DNA of 64,000 nt from Gemmatimonadaceae bacterium (GCA_044224875.1 JBGAJQ010000005.1:32001-96000), one strand, 5' to 3'; numbered from the stretch's first letter, positions 39,750 through 49,887 are shown. Notes: generated by a model not told the origin, from the letters alone. Numbers and translations: made by a program.

Positions 39750-40217
39750 ATGCAACTCAAGTCTGTGGATCGCGTCCTGCTTGGAACGGTGGCGGTGGCG
39801 TGGCTGGTCTCTTCCCTTTCGATCACGACCTGGTTCGCGGGACTAACCAGTGCGCTTGCTTGGTGCGCCGTTGTGCTGTCCATCGTAGGCTACCGCGCGC
39901 GCCGGGACAACATCGAGATAATGTTCCGGCGACGGGCCGGGATACGCACGCGAGTGCTGGCGATGGCCAAGGCGAGCGACGGTCAGATGTGCCGCGGTGA
40001 GGTCGTTGAAGCCGTTCTCGCACATTCCTGGGATGTTCCACTTGAGGCAATCGACGACGTGCTGTCGGAACTCGAGCTGCACGGGCTCTGCCTTCGCGAT
40101 CCACTCGACGTGACCGGCGCGGAGCGACTCGTCTTTCCAGGACTCCGAGTCCACGATAGAGCTCTATCCGTGCAGCCCGTCCAAGGCGCGGTCGTGACGC
40201 GAGCGACGATACAATGA
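39750..40217 (+). CDS. Hypothetical membrane protein (2 TM helices plus a small cytoplasmic domain)
   Basis: GAGGAG SD before the ATG; two hydrophobic segments. Confidence 0.65.
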   Translation: MQLKSVDRVLLGTVAVAWLVSSLSITTWFAGLTSALAWCAVVLSIVGYRARRDNIEIMFRRRAGIRTRVLAMAKASDGQMCRGEVVEAVLAHSWDVPLEAIDDVLSELELHGLCLRDPLDVTGAERLVFPGLRVHDRALSVQPVQGAVVTRATIQ

Positions 40218-40260
40218 AGCGGGTCTGGGCGCATTCCTCCTTCGCGGGCTCTCGGTTACG

Positions 40261-40503
40261 CTACTTTCGTGTCTGGCCTTCCAGGGCGATGTCGGCGAGC
40301 AAACGCTGACCCTCTGGCGTTGCCGTGAGACTCGCGCGCTCAAGATCAGATAACTCCGATAGTACCGCAACGACAAAGCTCCGCCGATATGCCTCGGCGG
40401 CCTTCGCGCCTGCAATCGCGCGTACGGCGGCGGCGCGGTCAGCCGTGAGACTGTCGTCAATTAGTCCGCTCAGCCGTTCCGCCAGCTGAAATATGTCCGG
40501 CAT
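40261..40503 (-). CDS. Hypothetical 80-aa protein
   Basis: ATG at 40503 within the 40261..40803 ORF; helical composition. Confidence 0.4.
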   Translation of the reverse strand: MPDIFQLAERLSGLIDDSLTADRAAAVRAIAGAKAAEAYRRSFVVAVLSELSDLERASLTATPEGQRLLADIALEGQTRK

Positions 40504-40569
40504 CGCTTGTGTCAAAGGTTGTATGAAGTGTGGTCGGTGGAGGAACAGCGCGGAAGCACCTTGGCTGCA

Positions 40570-40790
40570 TTCCGCCCGCTCCAGCCGCTTGCCCTCAAAC
40601 CCGCGCCGCTTCGCCACCACGCGGTACGAGAACTCCACGCCCGGGTCCCCGTCACGCACGACGACGTCGAAGCCGCGCGCCGTGCGATTCGTCACGTACA
40701 ACTCGGCGTCACCATATGCTTGGACGAACACATGATACTTCCCCGTCAGGTTCACCGTTTCGGCGAACGTCGGGTCGAAGGCGATGTGGC
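40570..40790 (-). pseudogene. Remnant resembling the C-terminal domain of phage-tail/fibre-like trimeric proteins
   Basis: HIAFDPTFAETVN...YHVFVQAYG..LYV..RT..GFDV....FSYRVVAKRRGFE.KRL, with no N-terminal body. Confidence 0.55.
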
Positions 40791-40847
40791 GCCGGCGGTT
40801 CACCGTACGTTCCTCCGCCGCAACGCCTATTCGCTGTCGTTCGGTTC

Positions 40848-41684
40848 CTATGGCGCCTTACGCAGCACCAGCTGAAGCTCGGCCTGCACCGGCGCCGCGA
40901 CGCCGGTGAGTGGCTGCATCCACTGGAACGTGAACGACCGGCTGAGGACCAGCTCCGTCTGCCCCTCGGTCCATGGGCCGGTCATCACATTCCAGGCCGG
41001 AAGTGGCACCAGCCGATGCCACACCTCGAACTCGATCTCCACCTTGTTCGTGAGGATGTCGTACGGTGCCTTGGCCATCCAATCCGGAGGGCCCTTCTTC
41101 GGCGTGCGGACAACCGACGTCTCGCACCGCGTGAACATGCGCGGCGTCTCGAGCGCGAAGGTCCCCTTCACCCGATCGAACTGCAGGATGCCGGAGCGTA
41201 CCTGCCCCGCACCCGGTCGTGCATCGGCGGCCGGGCAGGTGAAGCGCGCGACGTCGAGGCCGATCTGGGTGGGAGTGCCCGAGGGACCGTAGTAGGTACC
41301 CGTGTCCCTCACGACCATGTCGAGCGGCTGGCGGCTGTTCGCAATCCACGTCTCGTACCGCGCGGTGTCGCGCGTCTCGGGCGTGCCGGCAATGCCCCCG
41401 CCCTTGAACATGCGATCGAGCACAATGCGTCCGCGGGCAACGCGGTCCACCTTCCATGTGGAGTGCATCGGGATGCCATTCACGACCTTCCCGACCTGTC
41501 CGCTGCCCTTGATGGTGAGGACGAAGTCACCGCTCCAGGTGGGTTGGGCCGTTGCGGCGCGTGCCTGCAGGAGAATCGTGAGGATGAGAGCAATCACCGG
41601 ACGCTGGATTGGAAGACGTGCTGGCAGGGCGCCGGCCCCTGCCGCCAACATCGTGCCTTCTTTCGTCAGCTGCACCTTCAACAT
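40848..41684 (-). CDS. Hypothetical secreted protein (start uncertain)
   Basis: Signal-like segment VIALILTILLQARAATA-Q; beta-rich body; GAGGA SD. Confidence 0.65.
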   Translation of the reverse strand: MLKVQLTKEGTMLAAGAGALPARLPIQRPVIALILTILLQARAATAQPTWSGDFVLTIKGSGQVGKVVNGIPMHSTWKVDRVARGRIVLDRMFKGGGIAGTPETRDTARYETWIANSRQPLDMVVRDTGTYYGPSGTPTQIGLDVARFTCPAADARPGAGQVRSGILQFDRVKGTFALETPRMFTRCETSVVRTPKKGPPDWMAKAPYDILTNKVEIEFEVWHRLVPLPAWNVMTGPWTEGQTELVLSRSFTFQWMQPLTGVAAPVQAELQLVLRKAP

Positions 41685-42074
41685 GTCGTCCTCGCCGAAG
41701 TGTGAGGACGCCAAGGTAGGGGCGGCGGGTTAAACCAGCCAGCGAGGGCTAAGGTGTTGCGGCTGAGCCACGCCTTGCGCCCTCCGGCATGACCCAATGC
41801 CCGCACTCGGCAAGGGTCAGGGGAAACGCTGCGCCTTCGCAGACCTCTCTGGAAGTGAGATCACGACGTGAGTGATGGATCCCATTCCACCAGCCGCAGC
41901 GGCAGGCAGTCGTGTGCTTCGTGAGCGTAACCCGCGACCACTGCTGAATCAAGCTGCCGCCCTTCCGTGGTGTAACGAGCGGCGACGTTCGGGCCCCGCC
42001 CTGGTCGCATCAGCGACATGAAACCGCAGCGCGCCGACGTCGTAAGGTGGTCGCCAACCTCCGTCGAGTAATCC

Positions 42075-42497
42075 ATGGTGCGCCCCAGTCGTCTCGCGAT
42101 CGTAGCAATCCTTCTCGCAGCTCCCACTCTGAAGGCGCAAAGCGCCGCCCCGCGCGACTCGCTGGCCTTCGCACGACAAGTCGCCGAGTGGTTCTATACC
42201 TCGCAAGTCGACTCGCTGTGGGCGCACACCGGTGCGGAGGTCCAGAAGAAGCTCGAGAAGCCCGAGAAGTACATGGAGTTCCTGGGTGAGCTGACGGGCC
42301 GGGCGGGAGCCGAGGAGAAGTTGATGGAGGAGAAGTTCGTCAAGCGCAGCGGCAACACGCAGTACTGGCGCACCTCGAAGTACGCCCTCGCCGACGAACC
42401 GCTCATGCTCCGGTTCGCCTTCTCCAAAGACTTCCAGATCATCGGCGTCGGCATGAACCCCGCCAGTGAGGCGCCTCCGGTCGATCCGATCAAGTAG
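42075..42497 (+). CDS. Hypothetical secreted protein
   Basis: Signal peptide ending LKA-Q; strong GC3 codon bias. Confidence 0.75.
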   Translation: MVRPSRLAIVAILLAAPTLKAQSAAPRDSLAFARQVAEWFYTSQVDSLWAHTGAEVQKKLEKPEKYMEFLGELTGRAGAEEKLMEEKFVKRSGNTQYWRTSKYALADEPLMLRFAFSKDFQIIGVGMNPASEAPPVDPIK

Positions 42498-42684
42498 CGG
42501 GCGACTTCGCCGCCGGGGGAGTCCACCTCGAGGACGATCGCCGGGGTCCCCGTAGCGCGTGCAACCGCGCATTTTTGGAGAGTGCGTGCGAGCGGCCTGC
42601 CCGAGCGGCCGATAGCTGGGTGGATGCCGATCGGGTGCGCCATGGCACAGGTGCGCGGCGGCAGGAATCCACGACTCGAACCCC

Positions 42685-43131
42685 TTGATCTCACCCTTCG
42701 TTCGAATAGCTGCCACCAAGGCGCGTTCAGCCGCTGAGCGCGAAGCGCTCGATTGTATCGTCTCGCTCGCCGAGCGTCTCGACGAACTCGAATTGGGGTT
42801 CGAGACGCGGATCAACGCAAGTAAGGCGCGACGGGGCGAAGGTCCCACGAAGGTGTCCAGCGCGCGGCGCGAACAGCTCCAACAGCTGGCGGCGGATGAG
42901 AAACAGCTTGAAGCGGAGCAGCTAGTGCAATTCCAGGCGATGGAGCGTGCCGTGGATATCCTGGCGGCCCTGCACTCTGGGATGGAAAGCGACGTGGGGT
43001 TCTGGAAAGGCGCGCATCACCACACGAACCCCGCAGAAAAACCCGTTGTGCAGGAGCTTGTGGACGCGAAGATTGCGTTGCTCGAGGCGATGGCGACGTA
43101 TCTGAGTCAGTTTCCCAGCATTGATGGCTGA
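42685..43131 (+). CDS. Hypothetical coiled-coil protein
   Basis: 148-aa ORF, E/Q/L/A-rich, fills the gap between genes. Confidence 0.5.
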   Translation: MISPFVRIAATKARSAAEREALDCIVSLAERLDELELGFETRINASKARRGEGPTKVSSARREQLQQLAADEKQLEAEQLVQFQAMERAVDILAALHSGMESDVGFWKGAHHHTNPAEKPVVQELVDAKIALLEAMATYLSQFPSIDG

Positions 43132-43212
43132 CACGAAACGTGGAAGCCTTGCCTCCAAAATGGCTGGAAGCTCGAGAGCGACTGCGCCAGCGCGTTCTGG
43201 AGGAAGCGTTAG

Positions 43213-43716
43213 ATGCCTGTAGTCACCTTGCAAGGGTTTGAGCTGACACGAGACGGCGCGTTGCTCCTCGGATGGCTCCAGCGGCCGCATGTAGCGAAAT
43301 GGTGGGGCGACTCGGCCCGCGCCATGCAGCACGCGAGCGCGTGCGCACCCGAGTCGCACGCGCTCATCGTCGCCGATGGCATGCCGGTGGGCTATGTGTG
43401 CTGGCAGCAGCTGCCCGCGGAGGAGCTGGAAGACGCCGACCTGAAGGACGTTCCCGGCGGCCTGATGGACATCGACATCCTCCTTGGCGATCCCGACCTG
43501 CTCGGCCAGGGGATTGGCACGCAGGCCCTACGGCTTCTATTGACTCGCTTGCGAAGCGAGCAGATGGTGGGATTCGCGGGCCTCGGGACGTCCACCTCGA
43601 ACACGCGGGCCATCCGGTGCTATGAGAAGGCGGGGTTTCAGCTGCATCGGATGTTCCAGGACCCCGAGTGGGGGCCATGCCACTACCTGATCGCTGCCGT
43701 TCGCGGCAGTGTCTAG
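43213..43716 (+). CDS. GNAT N-acetyltransferase (AAC(6')-Ib-like fold)
   Basis: WL.RPHVAKWWG, IDILLG...GQGIGT, NTRAIRCYEKAGF. Confidence 0.85.
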   Translation: MPVVTLQGFELTRDGALLLGWLQRPHVAKWWGDSARAMQHASACAPESHALIVADGMPVGYVCWQQLPAEELEDADLKDVPGGLMDIDILLGDPDLLGQGIGTQALRLLLTRLRSEQMVGFAGLGTSTSNTRAIRCYEKAGFQLHRMFQDPEWGPCHYLIAAVRGSV

Positions 43717-43757
43717 GTCGATGCCCGCGGAACCATCGACGCGGACGGTCGGTGGCG

Positions 43758-44164
43758 ATGAATTCCGTCACAATTCGGCTCGTCGCGCGATCCTTGGTGC
43801 GACGGCCGCGCGTCGCCTCGATCGTTACCCTCACCCTGGCACGGTCGATCGCCTCGGTGTCCAGCGTCTTCAGCCTGTTCGATCCCATCTTCCTGCGCGC
43901 CATGCCCCGGCCCGAGGCGGACCGCCTGGTGCGCATACAGACGCGCGACCTGGGGGCTGGATCGGTCCTGATGGTCGTGTCGCTGCCAGACTTCGACGAC
44001 ATGCAGAGGAAGTGCGGGCCTTCGACAGACTCTCAGCCCACGTGATCTTCCCATCGACCATGAGTGTCGGGATGGCCACCCTTGCGGTGCAGGTCGCATT
44101 CGCCACCCCAGACGCGCCGGCCGATGTCGTGGGTCCGGTGCATTTGTCGGGCGCCACGCCATAA
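43758..44164 (+). pseudogene. Truncated, frameshifted MacB/ADOP-type ABC permease N-terminus
   Basis: RSLVRRP....LTLA..I.....VFS....FLR.MP...ADRLV...SLPDFDD; continues in another frame (RAFDRLSA) near 44010 and stops at 44164. Confidence 0.7.
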
Positions 44165-44233
44165 TCCCGAGGCGGGCGTGCAAACGCGCCGGATCTATCG
44201 ATCCCTATCGCTAGGACCGGGATCAGTCATCGA

Positions 44234-45781
44234 TCACTGCGGCGACGAACGACCGGTTGCCGAGGGCGGCTTCTCCTCCAAGTGGCGTGGCAAGACCACT
44301 GCGCCGCCGCGCACCACGACGTTGCCGTCGCGAATGACCACGTCGACCTTGGACAGGTCGTCGAGCGTTAGGTCGGGGCGGCCATCGACAACGAGAACGT
44401 CAGCGAGCTTTCCCGGCTCCAGCGTCCCCAGCTTGTCACCCATGTCGAGCAACTCGGCGCTCGTCTTCGTCGCTGCGACCAGCACCTCGGGAACGGTGTA
44501 ACCGGCCTGCACGAATGATCGGAGCTCCGTGATGTACGCCCCGGGAAGGGCACGGTACCAACCGACCACCAGATCCGTCCCGATCCCCATCTTGATGCCC
44601 GCGCGTTTCATGCGGCGCAGCACGTCGAGGTTCGTCGAATCGTTGAAGTAGAAGCGGCGCGACGTCGAGCCGAAGTAGCCGCCGCCATACGACGCGAAGA
44701 GATAGGCGTAGGTGACGAGGGTCGGGTCGGCCTCGACCTTCCGTTCCGCCATCAGGCGGATTGTCTCGTCGCTGCGAGGAAGCGGGTGCTCGATCATGTC
44801 GACCCCGGCCTCGACGGCCCACTGCGTGTAGAACGTCTCGCAGTCGCAGGTGACCTTAAGTCCGAGGGCGTGGGCCTCTTCGATCGCGGCCTGCACTTCC
44901 GGCTTGCTGAAGTGCGAGCCGACCTTGATGACGTCGGCCCCGCGATCGAACAGGTCGCGCACCGCGTTGCGCCACTCGTCAGCGCCGATGGCGGTGCGGA
45001 CCAGTTGCTTGGATGACGGATGCATCCCGAGACCCTGGGCGGCGTGGCCGCTGACCGACGTGAGCAGCTGACCGGCAGCGAACACGCGCGGCCCCGGGAT
45101 TCGATTTCGCGCGACCCAGTCCTTGAGGCGAAAGGCCACGTCGCCCATCGACGCTACGTCGCGCACGCTGGTAATGCCGCTCTCGACGAAGTAGCGCAGT
45201 CGCTCCGCTCCGCGCAGCACCGCGTCGGGTTCGCTCAGCGCCTCTTCATCGGCATCGCGCGGATCGGAGTAGGTGAGGTGCGTGTGCAGGTCCACCATGC
45301 CAGGCATCACGGTCTTCCCCGCGGCGTCGATCAACGTTGCACCCGCCGGCCACCCTGCCGATCCCGGGCGAGCGTCAGCGGGGAGAATCCGCGCGATCTT
45401 GTTGCGCTCGATGACCAGCGTCCCCTCGCGAGCGGTGGCGCCGGTCCCGTCGAAGATGCGGCCACCGCGCACGACGATGGCGCCATCTGGTCCCTTCGGT
45501 CCACGCGCCACGGGGATTCGGCGCGGGTCGTCGGTGGTCTCGACGTTCATCGCCGCCATGTTGGCACGGCGATCAGGGGCGCGGGTTTGCGCGGGAAGGG
45601 CGCGCACCGAGCCTAACGATGCGAGGAGAAGGGCAGCGACCTGGACTCGTCGGGCATCGCGATCATGGCGCGACCGGCGAGTCTTCGACAGAGATGCTGA
45701 GAACCCGTGCATGGGCGACCTGGCGTGCATGGTTAGGGTAATCCGGAGACTGGTAACGGAACTCTGAGGCTTCACCATCAA
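44234..45781 (-). CDS. Secreted amidohydrolase family protein (start uncertain)
   Basis: GKTVMPGMVDLHTH, GITSVRD, GADVIK, IEH, GTD, GKLADVLVVDG. Confidence 0.87.
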   Translation of the reverse strand: MMVKPQSSVTSLRITLTMHARSPMHGFSASLSKTRRSRHDRDARRVQVAALLLASLGSVRALPAQTRAPDRRANMAAMNVETTDDPRRIPVARGPKGPDGAIVVRGGRIFDGTGATAREGTLVIERNKIARILPADARPGSAGWPAGATLIDAAGKTVMPGMVDLHTHLTYSDPRDADEEALSEPDAVLRGAERLRYFVESGITSVRDVASMGDVAFRLKDWVARNRIPGPRVFAAGQLLTSVSGHAAQGLGMHPSSKQLVRTAIGADEWRNAVRDLFDRGADVIKVGSHFSKPEVQAAIEEAHALGLKVTCDCETFYTQWAVEAGVDMIEHPLPRSDETIRLMAERKVEADPTLVTYAYLFASYGGGYFGSTSRRFYFNDSTNLDVLRRMKRAGIKMGIGTDLVVGWYRALPGAYITELRSFVQAGYTVPEVLVAATKTSAELLDMGDKLGTLEPGKLADVLVVDGRPDLTLDDLSKVDVVIRDGNVVVRGGAVVLPRHLEEKPPSATGRSSPQ

Positions 45782-48063
45782 CTGTACGGCTTCATCTGGT
45801 ACGCCGGGGGCGTCTTGCCGAGCAGCTCACGGACGAAGAAGTCCCATTGACGGCGCCAGAAGTAAGGGACGGCCATCACTGGATGATTCGCGTTAGGTAC
45901 GATCAGGAGCTCGAAGTCCTTGTTGGCCTTGATCAGCGCGTCGACCAATCGGAACGTATTGGCCGGCGGCACGTTGTCATCCAGCTCTCCGTGGACGATC
46001 ATCAACTTGCCGACCAGCTTCGACGCCCATGTGATGTTCGAGTTGGCATCCCAGACCGGTCCCATCTCGGGGCCCATCCACTGCTCGTTCCACCACGCCT
46101 TGTCGAGCCGGTTGTCCTGCACGCCGGCACCCGTTAGGCCTACCTCATAGAAGTCGGGCCGTTCGGTGAGCGCCCGGACCACATCGTAACCGCCCGCCGA
46201 ATAGCCATACACGCCAACGCGCGAGGTATCCATCCACGGGTACTTCGCAGCCATCGCGCGGATCATGGCGATGTGATCGTCGAGCCCGACGGCGTGCACG
46301 TTTCGGTAGGCGGGCTGCTGGAAGGCGCGCGACCGACCGGCCACTCCGCGTCCGTCGACCGTCACCCCGATCGCGCCGATTTGCACCTGCGGCTGGATAA
46401 AGCGAGCCACCAGCGACGCCTCGAACGACTTCGGGCTGTTCGCGATGATCTGCGGCCCCGTGTAGATCTCCTCGATGATGGGATAGCGCTTGGCCGGATC
46501 GAAACCCGCCGGCTTGAAGATCGCCCCGAAGATTGGTGTGGTGCCGTCAGCTGCCATTGTCTCGAATGGCTCCGGCAGGAGATACCCTGCCGCGAGAAAG
46601 TCGCTGACGTCGGCTCGGCCCAGCTCCATGAGCATCCGCCCGTCGCTGGTGCTCCGCAGCACCGATCGCGTCGGCTGATCGATGAACGACATGTTGTCGA
46701 CGAAGTACCGGCCGTCGGGCGAGACCGACACGTCGTGATCGAGCGGCTCGGGTGTCAGGAGCCGGATCGCGCCGCCCTTGCTCGGGAGCGCGTAGAGATG
46801 GCGGAGATAGGGATCGCGACCGGCCTCGCGGCCGGTTCCCGTCACCAGCAACGTGCCGGACACCGAGTCGACGCCGGCGACGTCGCGCACCAGCCAGTCT
46901 CCCGTCGTTAGGCGGCGCCGGACACCGGAGCGGGGATCGATCCCGTAGAGCTGGAACCAGCCGGTCTGGTCCGAAGTCCAGTAGACCATGTCCGTCTTGG
47001 CGTCGTAGAACCAGAACTGGGTCCAGGTGTCGATGTAGGTGTCGGAGCGATCCTCCGAGAGAACCCGGGCTTCCCCAGTGGCGGCGTCAACCCGATACAG
47101 TTGCAGCCGCCGGTCGCCTCGCTCGGCCAGGCGCGCGAACACCGCCTTGCCATCGGCGCTCCACTCATAGTAGGGACCGAAGTAGTAGAGCACTGGATCG
47201 GGAGGCAACGTCATCGCGGTTTGCGCGCCGGTCTCCACGTCGAAGAACACGCCGCGGGCCACTGCGGTCACCGTGTCGCCCGGCAACGTGTAGACGTACC
47301 GGAACACCCGGGGTGCGTCGCCGCCCGGCGGGGTCGACTGGACCAGCGCCAAGCGCCGAGCGCCCGCCTGATCGAGGCGGAAGGTCGCGATGCGGCGGGA
47401 GTCCGGCGACCATGTGAGTAGCGGCTGCATGACTGGATGCTCGGTCCCCTGGGCGATCATGATCTTCGGATCGATCACCGGCGTGGCATACGGCGACTCG
47501 GTCGTGCCGTCGGTCGTGAGTTGTCGCTCGCGGCCGTCCCGGGTGGAGATCAGGAACAGGTTGCCGCTGCGCACGACAGCCCGCCACGCGCCGTCGGGCG
47601 ACTTCTCGCCACCGAGCGTATCGCTGTCAGGCGTTAGGGCACGCGTGGTGGGGTCGTATTCCCAACTCTTCCCACCAGCCGCAAAGCGGAGGATCCCGGT
47701 CTTGGCATCGACGCGGAGCCCGAGCAGGCGAAAATCCCTGAGCTCGATCGGCTTCCCAGTGGCCGCGGCGAGGGCGGCGATGAGCGCCGCGTGGTCGAAC
47801 AACGGCCGAGTGGTGCTGGTGGCAATATCGACCAGGAGATACTCGCGGCCGGCCCTGGTCAGCTTCTCGAACCAGAAGCGCGACGTTTGACCGATCCATT
47901 GCGGGCGGACGCTCAAGCCGGGGATCAATTTGCGGACATGCTGCGGCAACAGTGCTTCGGCCTTTGCGTACGCGGACGGTGGGACCGGCTCCTGCATCGG
48001 CGCAGCCGCGAGCGGCGTTGAACCTGCCAGCGCGAATGTGGCAACTGCCACGAGTCGCTTCAT
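45778..48063 (-). CDS. S9B dipeptidyl peptidase IV family serine peptidase
   Basis: Signal peptide; DPP IV N-terminal propeller; GYSAGG, HGELDDNV, NANH triad. Confidence 0.9.
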   Translation of the reverse strand: MKRLVAVATFALAGSTPLAAAPMQEPVPPSAYAKAEALLPQHVRKLIPGLSVRPQWIGQTSRFWFEKLTRAGREYLLVDIATSTTRPLFDHAALIAALAAATGKPIELRDFRLLGLRVDAKTGILRFAAGGKSWEYDPTTRALTPDSDTLGGEKSPDGAWRAVVRSGNLFLISTRDGRERQLTTDGTTESPYATPVIDPKIMIAQGTEHPVMQPLLTWSPDSRRIATFRLDQAGARRLALVQSTPPGGDAPRVFRYVYTLPGDTVTAVARGVFFDVETGAQTAMTLPPDPVLYYFGPYYEWSADGKAVFARLAERGDRRLQLYRVDAATGEARVLSEDRSDTYIDTWTQFWFYDAKTDMVYWTSDQTGWFQLYGIDPRSGVRRRLTTGDWLVRDVAGVDSVSGTLLVTGTGREAGRDPYLRHLYALPSKGGAIRLLTPEPLDHDVSVSPDGRYFVDNMSFIDQPTRSVLRSTSDGRMLMELGRADVSDFLAAGYLLPEPFETMAADGTTPIFGAIFKPAGFDPAKRYPIIEEIYTGPQIIANSPKSFEASLVARFIQPQVQIGAIGVTVDGRGVAGRSRAFQQPAYRNVHAVGLDDHIAMIRAMAAKYPWMDTSRVGVYGYSAGGYDVVRALTERPDFYEVGLTGAGVQDNRLDKAWWNEQWMGPEMGPVWDANSNITWASKLVGKLMIVHGELDDNVPPANTFRLVDALIKANKDFELLIVPNANHPVMAVPYFWRRQWDFFVRELLGKTPPAYQMKPYS

Positions 48064-48636
48064 CCTCGCCTCCTTCTGGGAACGTGCGACGGCAGGCGAC
48101 GGGCCTGGTCGTCAATATCGGCAATCAGGCTGCAATCGGGCCGGGGGATGGTACCCTGGTCGGTAACTGGTTGCAAGGCTCCATATAGGGTAGCTTTGCC
48201 AAAAGGGGCGCCGGCGTCACCCGGCTACTCTCGGTCGATCTCACGTTAGGCTGGGCGTGACATGAGGCCGTCGAACAAGAAGCTCCTGTCGACAAGCAGG
48301 GTAAGGAATGGCGCGCTTCGCGCGGTTTCATCTGTTCGGCCGACTCCATCCATTAGTACACGGGGTCGTTCCCGAGTGCGGTTGTCGAATCGGGCATCGT
48401 GCGGTGGACACGGTTGAACTCTTGGAGTCCAGCACGTATGTCTGGGGAACTACTCTGAGGCCGTGCTTTCAAGGACAGCCGCGGAGCGAGCAGAGAGGCC
48501 GATTCGTTATGCGCTGGTCCGACTTTCAAGCACAAGGCTCATCCGACGCTACTACCGCTTCCCGGTGTCGACCGTCGCTCCATCGAATGCTTCCGGCGAC
48601 AAAGCGCACTAGGCGTCAGCTGACCGGTCCACTCGC

Positions 48637-49887
48637 GTGAACGGTTCGACACGCCTCGTCTGGCTGCTCTCCCTCGTCAGCCTCGTCGGCTACGCACTCC
48701 GCACGAACATCACGGTCGCGCAGGAGTACATGGCCCCCGAACTCGGCCTCTCCATGCGCGATTTGGGCGTCATTTCGGCGTGGGGATTCCAACTGAGTTA
48801 CGCGATCTTCCAGATCCCCGGGGGCTTCCTCGGCGATCGCTACGGGGCGCGACTCGTCCTGTTCCTCGCCATCCTTGGCTGGAGCCTGGCGAGTCTGGCG
48901 TCGGGGCTCGTACCTGCCAGTGCGGGATTCGCGTTCGCTACGTTGTTCGCCGCTCGCGTGCTGCTCGGTGCCGCGCAAGCCGCGACGTATCCGGTGGCGG
49001 CGATGGCGGCAGCACAATTTGTCCCGGCCGAACGTCGCGTCGGTGCAAGCGCGATGTATCTCGCATCCGCCTTGCTGGGGTCCGCACTGGCACCGTTGAC
49101 GCTCGCTCCCGTTATGGTCTGGGCGGGCTGGCGATCCGTGTTCCTGGTGAGCGCCGCGGTGGGAGCGATCGCTGCGTTTGCCTGGCTCGCGTTTGCCCCG
49201 CGCCGAGTGGAGGTATCTGGAACCCTGCGCTACGTGCCGCTCCACGCGCAGGTGAAAGAGATCGCCGTTCTCCTGAAGCAGCGCAATCTCCTCTTGTTGT
49301 CGCTGTCGTACCTACTGCACTCGGCCACCTACTTCGTATTCGTGTTCTGGTTCTTCCGCTACCTGGTGGAGGGCCGTGGTTTTGGTGTGCTGGCGAGTGG
49401 TGTGTGGGGAAGCACGCCCTACTTCATGGCGTTCATCATCGCGCCGTTGGTGGGCCACGCAACCGATCGCTTGGCTCGGCGCGTTGGGCCTGCCGTGGCC
49501 AGGCGCCGCGCCGCGATGGCCTGCCTGATTACGGGCGCCACACTGGTCGTCATCGGTGCGAATCTGCCGACGGCGTGGATGGCGGTGCTGACGTTGGGGC
49601 TGTCGGTGGGCCTGATCGCCTCCGCGGAGGCGCCGTATTGGACGACCACCACCGCCGAGGGTTCGCACAACCCGGGTACCGCAGGTGGATTGTTGAACCT
49701 GATGGGAAACCTTGGCGGCGTGCTCTCGATCTGGTTGGTGCCCATCATGAAGGATGCGTGGGGATGGGGGCCGATGCTCGGATTCTGGGCGGCTGTTGCT
49801 GTAGCGGCGGCGAGCTTGTGGATGACGTTGTCGGTGAAGCGCGCGTTTGGAATGGGCGGTCGCCAAAACGCGGTTGGCACTGGCTAG
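48637..49887 (+). CDS. MFS transporter (anion:cation symporter-like)
   Basis: About 12 TM helices; YAIFQIPGGFLGDRYGAR; GWRSVF; GGLLNLMGNLGG. Confidence 0.88.
   Translation: MNGSTRLVWLLSLVSLVGYALRTNITVAQEYMAPELGLSMRDLGVISAWGFQLSYAIFQIPGGFLGDRYGARLVLFLAILGWSLASLASGLVPASAGFAFATLFAARVLLGAAQAATYPVAAMAAAQFVPAERRVGASAMYLASALLGSALAPLTLAPVMVWAGWRSVFLVSAAVGAIAAFAWLAFAPRRVEVSGTLRYVPLHAQVKEIAVLLKQRNLLLLSLSYLLHSATYFVFVFWFFRYLVEGRGFGVLASGVWGSTPYFMAFIIAPLVGHATDRLARRVGPAVARRRAAMACLITGATLVVIGANLPTAWMAVLTLGLSVGLIASAEAPYWTTTTAEGSHNPGTAGGLLNLMGNLGGVLSIWLVPIMKDAWGWGPMLGFWAAVAVAAASLWMTLSVKRAFGMGGRQNAVGTG

Noticed and set aside
41749..41952. LAECGHWV, resembling an alpha/beta-hydrolase C-terminal His motif
   Set aside because: Too short; no other hydrolase motif supports it.
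42645..42685. GGTTCGAGTC on the minus strand, resembling a tRNA T-loop or att site
   Set aside because: No T-stem, acceptor stem or cloverleaf, and no integrase nearby.
43213..43716. GNAT as a true aminoglycoside-resistance gene
   Set aside because: Only fold-level motifs are visible; no integron or mobile context and the substrate cannot be inferred.
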